A stretch of 64,000 nt of DNA from contig NZ_CAKZMP010000156.1 in NCBI RefSeq assembly GCF_937128705.1, positions 1,906 through 65,905 of the forward strand, read 5' to 3'. The stretch is from an uncultured Kiloniella sp. (GTDB lineage: Bacteria; Pseudomonadota; Alphaproteobacteria; Kiloniellales; Kiloniellaceae). The translations under genes were made by a program, and so were the position numbers. Each line of letters opens with the position of its first letter. The first letter of the stretch is position 1. Shown piece after piece: positions 57,715 through 64,000 of the stretch. Under the pieces are notes generated by a model. The model ran no database searches. It was given only the letters and a program-made list of their open reading frames with translations, and was not told where the DNA came from.

Positions 57715-60700
57715 TTAAACCTCTTCCAAATCGATACCTTCGACTGCCTTGATTGCCTGACGAATAGAAGGCGAAACAGTATAGCCTTTTGGGAGTTCCA
57801 ATTCCAGTTCCTGACCATCTTTCAGTCCCAAAACAACAGAAATACGCCCTCGTCCCTTTACAGCATGATTATCAAGTATGGTTTTCAAGGGCTCCAAGGG
57901 CTTATCAGAATTTATATATAGCTTAAGGCCCGTGTCTGTTAACGAGGCCGCATCATCAAGAGGTGTAACGGCCTGAAGAAGAAACCGGGGTTCATCATCA
58001 TCTGGTTTAACTTCCCCCGTAAGGGTCGCTAAAATGGGGACTTTACTCTCGAGAACATCACGACTGGCCAACAGTACATTAGAGAAGACCATGGCCTCTA
58101 TCGTACCATGCGCATCAGAAATCTGCACAAAGGCAAATTTAGAGCCTTTTTTGGAAATTCGTTCCTGTTTACCGACAACAATCGCACCAATTTTAAGGGG
58201 ACCACCCTGGCCTTTGTATTTCTTGGTTTGATCAATAGCCTCGGCAATATTGATCGCGCGCAAGCGTTTTAAAATCTGGGTGTAAGTATCAATAGGATGA
58301 GCAGAAAGATAAAAACCGATCGCATCAAATTCATGTTTCAGTTTTTCCAGTTCAGGCCAGTCTGGCACTTTAGGTAAAGCTAGGTCAATCATGGTTGTAT
58401 TATCGTCACCACCAAAAAGATTAACCTGATCGCTCTCTCTTTCTTGCGCTGCTGCGGAAATATTTCGAACAATATTTTCCGCGCCCAAGAAAACCTGTTG
58501 TCTATTGGGTGACAGGCTATCAAATGCACCAGCCTTAGAGAGGTTTTCGACCAGTCGCTTATTGATGGTTTTCGAATCAACCCGTCCGACCAAATCAGTC
58601 AGATCCTTGAAGGGACCATTTTCATTTCGTTCGTTCGTTATGTTCTCAATGGCTTGTTCACCAACATTTTTAACAGCCGCCATCGCATAGCGAACCGCTT
58701 TATTCCCGTCCTCCATGGTTTCAACCATAAACTCGGCATAGGACTTGTTGATATCCGGCACCAGCAAGGGGATCTCTAGACGCGACAGTTCTTGCCTGAA
58801 AATATTCAGCTTATCAGTATTTGAGATATCATAAGTCATGGTCGCCGCCATGAACTCAACGGGGTAATTCGCCTTTAGATAAGCTGTATGATAAGCGACC
58901 AGTGCATAGGCCGCGGCATGGCTTTTGTTAAAACCATAACCTGCAAACTTGTTGACCTGATCAAAGATCTCATCTGCCTTCGCGGCCTTAACGTCGTTTT
59001 TGACGGCCCCCTCAACAAAGATCTTTCGTTGCGCATCCATTTCTGCCTGAATTTTTTTACCCATAGCGCGGCGCAGCAAATCCGCACCGCCTAATGAATA
59101 ACCGGAAAGCTGCTGCGCGATCTGCATCACCTGTTCCTGATAAATCATAATCCCGTAGGTTTCTTTCAGGATATCCTCGATCAAGGGATGCATATAGTCA
59201 GGCGTCTCTTCACCTTTTTTTCGAAGGATATAACTTGGAATATTCTCCATCGGACCAGGTCGATACAACGCCACGACCGCGATGATATCCTCAAACCTAT
59301 CAGGTTTCATTCGTTTTAGAACATCGCGCATACCAGTGGATTCCAGCTGGAATACACCAACCGTATCTCCACGCCCAAGCAACTCAAAAGAAGCCTTATC
59401 GTCCAACGGCACTTCACTGAGATTAATCTGTATGCCCGAAGACCGAATAAATTCGCAAGCGCGTTCAAGAACCGTCAAGGTTTTCAAACCAAGAAAATCG
59501 AACTTTACCAAACCAGCTTGCTCAACAAACTTCATGTTGAACTGTGTCACCGGCATGTCTGAACGTGGATCTCGGTAAAGCGGTACCAGCTGATCAAGTG
59601 GCCGATCCCCAATCACAACCCCCGCGGCATGGGTTGATGCATGGCGGTAAAGGCCTTCAATCTTTTGGGCAATGTTCAAAAGATTATCGACGGCTTCATC
59701 TGTACGGGCCATCTCTCTAAGTTGAGGTTCCTGCGCAATCGCCTCTGGCAAAGATGTTGGTTTGGCCGGATTATTTGGCACAAGCTTACTCAAACGGTCC
59801 ACTTGTGGATATGGCATTTGCAAAACACGACCAACGTCACGGAGTGCTGCTCTCGCCTGCAACTTACCAAAAGTGATAATCTGCGCAACCTTATCCCGCC
59901 CGTACTTATCCTGTACGTAGGTAATCACCTTATCGCGCTTGTCCTGACAAAAATCCACGTCAAAGTCAGGCATGGAAACACGTTCCGGGTTCAAGAATCT
60001 CTCGAAAAGCAAGCCCCAACGCAAAGGATCAAGGTCGGTAATCGTTAAAACCCATGCCACTACAGATCCCGCACCTGATCCACGCCCGGGTCCAACTGGA
60101 ATATTTTGTTCCTTTGCCCACATAATAAAATCGGCAACAATAAGGAAGTAGCCGGGGAAACCCATCTGTTCGATGATTCCCAATTCATACTCAAGCCGCT
60201 CTCGATAAGGTTTAGCCACCTCTTCACGCTCAGCATCATCCATATCAGCCGTAAAAACGTGTTTTTCCAGACGATCTTCCAGCCCGACCTCTGACTGATG
60301 GCGTAATTCTTCGGTTTCGGATCGGCCATCCCCCGTGTCAAACGGTGGCAAGATCGGCGCAATTGGTTCTACAAACCAGGAACAACGTTGCGCAATGACT
60401 AGAGTATTCTCAATAGCCTCTGGTATATCCGCGAAAAGCCGCTTCATTTCATCGGCAGATTTAAACCGATGCTCAGGCGTCAAGCGGCGACGTTCACTTT
60501 GAGAAACGTAAGCCCCTTCCGCAATACAAATCAGAGCATCATGCGGAAGATACATATCATCAGCGGCAAAAAAGGCTTCGTTTGTCGCAACCAGCGGAAC
60601 ACTATGTTTATAAGCTAGGTCAATCAAACGATCTTCAATTGCTTGCTCTTCCGCTAACCCGTGTCGCATCAGCTCTACATAAAAACGGTCCTGGAAAACA

Positions 60701-61200
60701 CCCGCCAATTGCGTAAAAATAGCCTCTGCATCAGCTGTTCTATTTTCCAGCAACAAACGTCCAACAGCCCCTTTCGGCCCTGCACTCAAAGCGATCAAAC
60801 CTTCATTACTACGCTCAAGATCGGCAAGAGTTACCTGTGGTGTCAGTCCTGTTTCTGTCTCCATAAAGGCATGAGAAATCAGGTGCATCAAGTTCATGTA
60901 GCCCTTTTGGTTTTGGGCAATGAGAACCAATTGATCAGGCTCGGGAACAATCGCACCTGTCCGTTTATCAGCATCGGGACGCGCAACCATTAACTGCGTC
61001 CCCATAATTGGCTGAACACCTGCACCTTTGGCTGTCAGTGAAAATTCAAGCGCCCCGAACATGTTACTACTGTCCGTAATGGCAGCAGCCGGCATATCAT
61101 GTTTCTTGCACAGCTCGACAAGTTCTTTGGCCTTAATAGCGCCTTCAGACAGGGAATAAGCGGTATGAACCCGAAGATGAACAAAGTCGGCATACGCCAT
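57715..61200 (-). CDS. dnaE: DNA polymerase III alpha subunit
   Basis: PHP domain FVHLRVHTAYSL, GPGRGSGAGS, FERFLNPERVSMPDFDVDF, KFDFLGLKTL, FAGYGFNKSHAAAY; 1161 aa, no intein-sized insert. Confidence 0.98.
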   Translation of the reverse strand: MAYADFVHLRVHTAYSLSEGAIKAKELVELCKKHDMPAAAITDSSNMFGALEFSLTAKGAGVQPIMGTQLMVARPDADKRTGAIVPEPDQLVLIAQNQKGYMNLMHLISHAFMETETGLTPQVTLADLERSNEGLIALSAGPKGAVGRLLLENRTADAEAIFTQLAGVFQDRFYVELMRHGLAEEQAIEDRLIDLAYKHSVPLVATNEAFFAADDMYLPHDALICIAEGAYVSQSERRRLTPEHRFKSADEMKRLFADIPEAIENTLVIAQRCSWFVEPIAPILPPFDTGDGRSETEELRHQSEVGLEDRLEKHVFTADMDDAEREEVAKPYRERLEYELGIIEQMGFPGYFLIVADFIMWAKEQNIPVGPGRGSGAGSVVAWVLTITDLDPLRWGLLFERFLNPERVSMPDFDVDFCQDKRDKVITYVQDKYGRDKVAQIITFGKLQARAALRDVGRVLQMPYPQVDRLSKLVPNNPAKPTSLPEAIAQEPQLREMARTDEAVDNLLNIAQKIEGLYRHASTHAAGVVIGDRPLDQLVPLYRDPRSDMPVTQFNMKFVEQAGLVKFDFLGLKTLTVLERACEFIRSSGIQINLSEVPLDDKASFELLGRGDTVGVFQLESTGMRDVLKRMKPDRFEDIIAVVALYRPGPMENIPSYILRKKGEETPDYMHPLIEDILKETYGIMIYQEQVMQIAQQLSGYSLGGADLLRRAMGKKIQAEMDAQRKIFVEGAVKNDVKAAKADEIFDQVNKFAGYGFNKSHAAAYALVAYHTAYLKANYPVEFMAATMTYDISNTDKLNIFRQELSRLEIPLLVPDINKSYAEFMVETMEDGNKAVRYAMAAVKNVGEQAIENITNERNENGPFKDLTDLVGRVDSKTINKRLVENLSKAGAFDSLSPNRQQVFLGAENIVRNISAAAQERESDQVNLFGGDDNTTMIDLALPKVPDWPELEKLKHEFDAIGFYLSAHPIDTYTQILKRLRAINIAEAIDQTKKYKGQGGPLKIGAIVVGKQERISKKGSKFAFVQISDAHGTIEAMVFSNVLLASRDVLESKVPILATLTGEVKPDDDEPRFLLQAVTPLDDAASLTDTGLKLYINSDKPLEPLKTILDNHAVKGRGRISVVLGLKDGQELELELPKGYTVSPSIRQAIKAVEGIDLEEV

Positions 61201-61280
61201 AAGAAAACTCTCAAATTAAATAAAACTGTAACGTCAAAATTTCAGGATCAGCTATACTCCAGATAGCTTGGAAAAGGCAA

Positions 61281-61313
61281 AATAAAAACCCGACACCAAC
61301 AGGCATCGAGTTT
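61281..61313 (-). terminator. Putative terminator after lolD
   Basis: Minus strand aaactcgatgcc / ggtgtcgggttt stem with G-U pairs, followed by TTATTTT. Confidence 0.5.
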
Positions 61314-61389
61314 CTATACACACAAACAATTTCATATTAAAAGCAACTGACTAAGTCTTATTTTTAATCTGAATTATTAAAAAATTAAT

Positions 61390-62070
61390 TTAGCGAACTT
61401 TACCATTCTCAAAATGAAGAACCCGATCCATACGTCCGGCCAATTCATGATTATGCGTTGCGATCAAGGCTGTAAGCCCCACAGAACGAACTAGCTTTAG
61501 CAACAGCTCAAAAACTCTGTTAGCCGTTTCCGGATCAAGATTACCCGTTGGCTCATCAGCCAGCAGAACAGATGGTGCATTTGCGAGTGCTCGCGCGATT
61601 GCTACACGCTGTTGCTCACCACCCGACAATTCCGCAGGACGGTGAGAAATACGCTCGGCAAGTCCTACCGTATCCAGAAGCTCACTGGCCCGTTTATGAG
61701 CTTTTTTATGGGACAGTCCGGTGATCATCTGTGGCAGGATAACATTTTCCACCGCAGAAAATTCAGGAAGGAGATGATGGTACTGATAAACAAAGCCAAT
61801 CGTATCGCGACGGAGCGATGTTCTGTTTTTGTCATTCAAGGAAGCGGATGGCGTTCCATTAACCAGAATGTCACCGCTATCAGGTTTTTCGAGAAGCCCC
61901 GCACTGTGTAAAAGCGTTGATTTACCAGCACCGGAAGGGCCTATCAGTGCAACCAGTTCACCCGGCCTGATATCAAAGCTGACATCATTAAGAACATGAA
62001 GTTCTTTCGCCCCTTGTTTATAGGTCTTATTCACCCCAACGAGGGATAGACCTTTCATTTCCTTATTCAT
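61390..62070 (-). CDS. lolD: Lipoprotein-releasing system ATP-binding protein LolD
   Basis: [51 protein letters not shown]. Confidence 0.95.
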   Translation of the reverse strand: MNKEMKGLSLVGVNKTYKQGAKELHVLNDVSFDIRPGELVALIGPSGAGKSTLLHSAGLLEKPDSGDILVNGTPSASLNDKNRTSLRRDTIGFVYQYHHLLPEFSAVENVILPQMITGLSHKKAHKRASELLDTVGLAERISHRPAELSGGEQQRVAIARALANAPSVLLADEPTGNLDPETANRVFELLLKLVRSVGLTALIATHNHELAGRMDRVLHFENGKVR

Positions 62071-63307
62071 AGCGAATTGCCTCCACAGGATCTAACCGCG
62101 CAGCACGCCACGCAGGAAAAATCGGGGCGAGGAATGAAAAGAACAAGGCCATGCCAACAACCTGAAGTACTTCAGATGTCTCTACGACTGCTGGTAACTT
62201 GGAAAGGAAATAAATCTCGGCATTAAAAAGATTGGTTCCGGACAAACCTTCAAGCCATTGCCGGATTGTTTCGATGTTTTCTGCAAAGGACAGACCAAGT
62301 ACAAATCCAGCCAAGGTACCGATAACACCAATAGATGCCCCACTAAGGAAGAAAACCCTGAGGATCATTCCCCGCGTTGCCCCCATCGTTCGCAGAATTG
62401 CGATATCACGCCCCTTGTCTTTAACCAGCATGATCTGGCCGGAAACGATATTGAAAACCGCAACAAGGATAATAAGCGACAGGATCAAGAACATAACATT
62501 GCGTTCGACCTGAATAGCATTAAAGAAGCTGGCGTTACTTTGCTGCCAATCTCGCGTAACGATCCCTGTGCCTATTGTGTTGTGTATATCCCGACGCACC
62601 GCATTCGTCAGATCCGGGTTATCAACAAAAACCTCAATCGTATTTACCATTTCTGGTAACTCAAAAAAGATCTGCGCAGCATCAAGCGTCATGTAAATAA
62701 AACTGCTGTCGTATTCATACATCCCGATGTCAAAAAGGGCTGCAATAGTATAGGCCTTAAGGCGTGGAATAGAACCGAAGACAGTGACCGAGCTATTCGG
62801 TGACACCAAGGTAATTTTATCCCCAACACCAAGACGTAAACTTCTCGCCAAACGTTCGCCGATAACCACATTATCACCAGTAAAATCATCCAGTGATCCA
62901 GCAACAATTTTTTCCGCAATCAATTTACGTGCTTTGAGGTCTTTTGGTGCCATGCCACGGACCAAACCGCCCGTAGCTGTACCGCTGGCCGTGACCATGA
63001 CTTGCCCCTGCACCTGTGGCGTTGCACTTGTCACACTGGATAGGGCGCTTATCCGTTCAGCGATCGTTTCGTAATCGACTAAATCACCCTGAACCCCGAC
63101 CACAGCCAAATGACCATTAACCCCCAGTATCCGGCCAAGAAGCTCCTGACGGAACCCGTTCATGACGGACATCACAATAATCAAAGTCGCAACGCCCAAG
63201 GCAATACCAACAAGGGAAAAGCCTGCAATGACGGAAATAAACCCTTCTTTACGACGGGAACGGAGGTAGCGTAAGGCCACCATGCGCTCAAAAGCACCAA
63301 AAACCAT
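62063..63307 (-). CDS. lolE: Lipoprotein-releasing ABC transporter permease (LolC/E)
   Basis: [57 protein letters not shown]. Confidence 0.93.
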   Translation of the reverse strand: MVFGAFERMVALRYLRSRRKEGFISVIAGFSLVGIALGVATLIIVMSVMNGFRQELLGRILGVNGHLAVVGVQGDLVDYETIAERISALSSVTSATPQVQGQVMVTASGTATGGLVRGMAPKDLKARKLIAEKIVAGSLDDFTGDNVVIGERLARSLRLGVGDKITLVSPNSSVTVFGSIPRLKAYTIAALFDIGMYEYDSSFIYMTLDAAQIFFELPEMVNTIEVFVDNPDLTNAVRRDIHNTIGTGIVTRDWQQSNASFFNAIQVERNVMFLILSLIILVAVFNIVSGQIMLVKDKGRDIAILRTMGATRGMILRVFFLSGASIGVIGTLAGFVLGLSFAENIETIRQWLEGLSGTNLFNAEIYFLSKLPAVVETSEVLQVVGMALFFSFLAPIFPAWRAARLDPVEAIRYE

Positions 63308-63333
63308 CAACTATCTCTCTTCCCGTCTAAATC

Positions 63334-64000
63334 CTAAAGGCCTAATTTAGAAAGCGCAGCTTCCAATGTTAGCTCTTCTTTCTCACCAGTCTTACGATTT
63401 TTCAACTCAACTACGCCATTTTTAAGGCCACGTGGTCCGATAACCATCTGCCAAGGCAAACCGATCAGGTCCATGTCTTTAAATTTGGCACCCGCTGACG
63501 TATCGCGATCGTCATAGAGACAATCGACACCAGCTGCATTGAACTTTTGGTAAAGATCATCACAAGCCTTGGCACAGGCTTCATCTTTGGCTTTCAGATT
63601 GATCAACCCAACTTGGTAAGGCGCCACGGCTTCCGGCCAGATAATACCGTTTTCATCATGGCTGGCTTCGATGATAGCGCCCAAGAGACGGGAAACACCA
63701 ATACCATAAGACCCCATAAAGACAGGAACGTTTTCACCTTCGCTGTTGAGAACATAAGCGCCCATTGGCTCAGAGTATTTTGTACCAAAATGGAAGATAT
63801 GTCCGACCTCGATACCACGGCACTGCATTCTCTTATCTTCAGGAACTGATCCTTCGAAATCTTCTTTAACGTACATTTCATCCGTTGCCGCATAGATGCT
63901 GGTCCAGTCATCAACAATCGGCTGTAGATCACCACTGTAATCGACATCAGAAGAAGGAGATGCCTTTTCCAGGAAGTCAGAGTGACAGAACACTTCGGAC
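63334..64000 (-). CDS. proS: Proline--tRNA ligase, C-terminal part (5' end lies outside the window)
   Basis: RGIEVGHIFHFGTKYS, MGSYGIGVSRL, WPEAVAPY, DDRDTSAGAKFKDMDLIGLP. Confidence 0.95.
   Translation of the reverse strand, partial: SEVFCHSDFLEKASPSSDVDYSGDLQPIVDDWTSIYAATDEMYVKEDFEGSVPEDKRMQCRGIEVGHIFHFGTKYSEPMGAYVLNSEGENVPVFMGSYGIGVSRLLGAIIEASHDENGIIWPEAVAPYQVGLINLKAKDEACAKACDDLYQKFNAAGVDCLYDDRDTSAGAKFKDMDLIGLPWQMVIGPRGLKNGVVELKNRKTGEKEELTLEAALSKLGL

Noticed and set aside
57715-61200. Intein or split in dnaE
   Set aside because: The length (1161 aa) and motif order are continuous; no intein splice motifs or endonuclease insert were seen
1-64000. CRISPR array, IS element, rRNA or toxin-antitoxin pair
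   Set aside because: No regularly spaced direct repeats, transposase ORFs, rRNA-like sequence or small two-gene toxin-antitoxin module were recognised by eye

Overview
Core-genome segment of an alphaproteobacterium. Gene order and protein sequences point to a Rhodospirillales-type organism, possibly a marine Kiloniella-like lineage (inference). About 90% of the window is conserved housekeeping gene order: yajC / DUF815 / nlpD-pcm-surE-serS-tatCBA-ABC ATPase-scpBA-M50 protease-nagZ-ftsN-argS-dgt, then erpA-xth-rhomboid-ilvD, valS-popZ-tolC-pcm2, tRNA-Cys and tRNA-Asn, nudF-cysK-alaX-sseA-MATE-GNAT, gloA-lpxB-lpxI-lpxA-fabZ-lpxD-skp-bamA-rseP-dxr-cdsA-uppS-frr-pyrH-tsf-rpsB, and dnaE-lolD-lolC/E-proS (partial). 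I saw no CRISPR array, integrase, transposase, rRNA or clear pseudogene. Three accessory insertions stand out. (1) A stand-alone 954-aa membrane protein inserted between dgt and erpA fuses two tandem Cache-like periplasmic sensor modules and a HAMP-like segment directly to a full MFS transporter; it is the best candidate for an uncharacterised system. (2) An AT-rich patch after tRNA-Asn encodes four exported proteins: an orphan Rap1a/Tai4-type immunity protein, a two-repeat Cys-paired lipoprotein, a TPR protein and a Sel1 protein. (3) An orphan AapJ-like binding protein has a degenerate ligand site. All family calls come from motif recognition by eye; no database searches were run.
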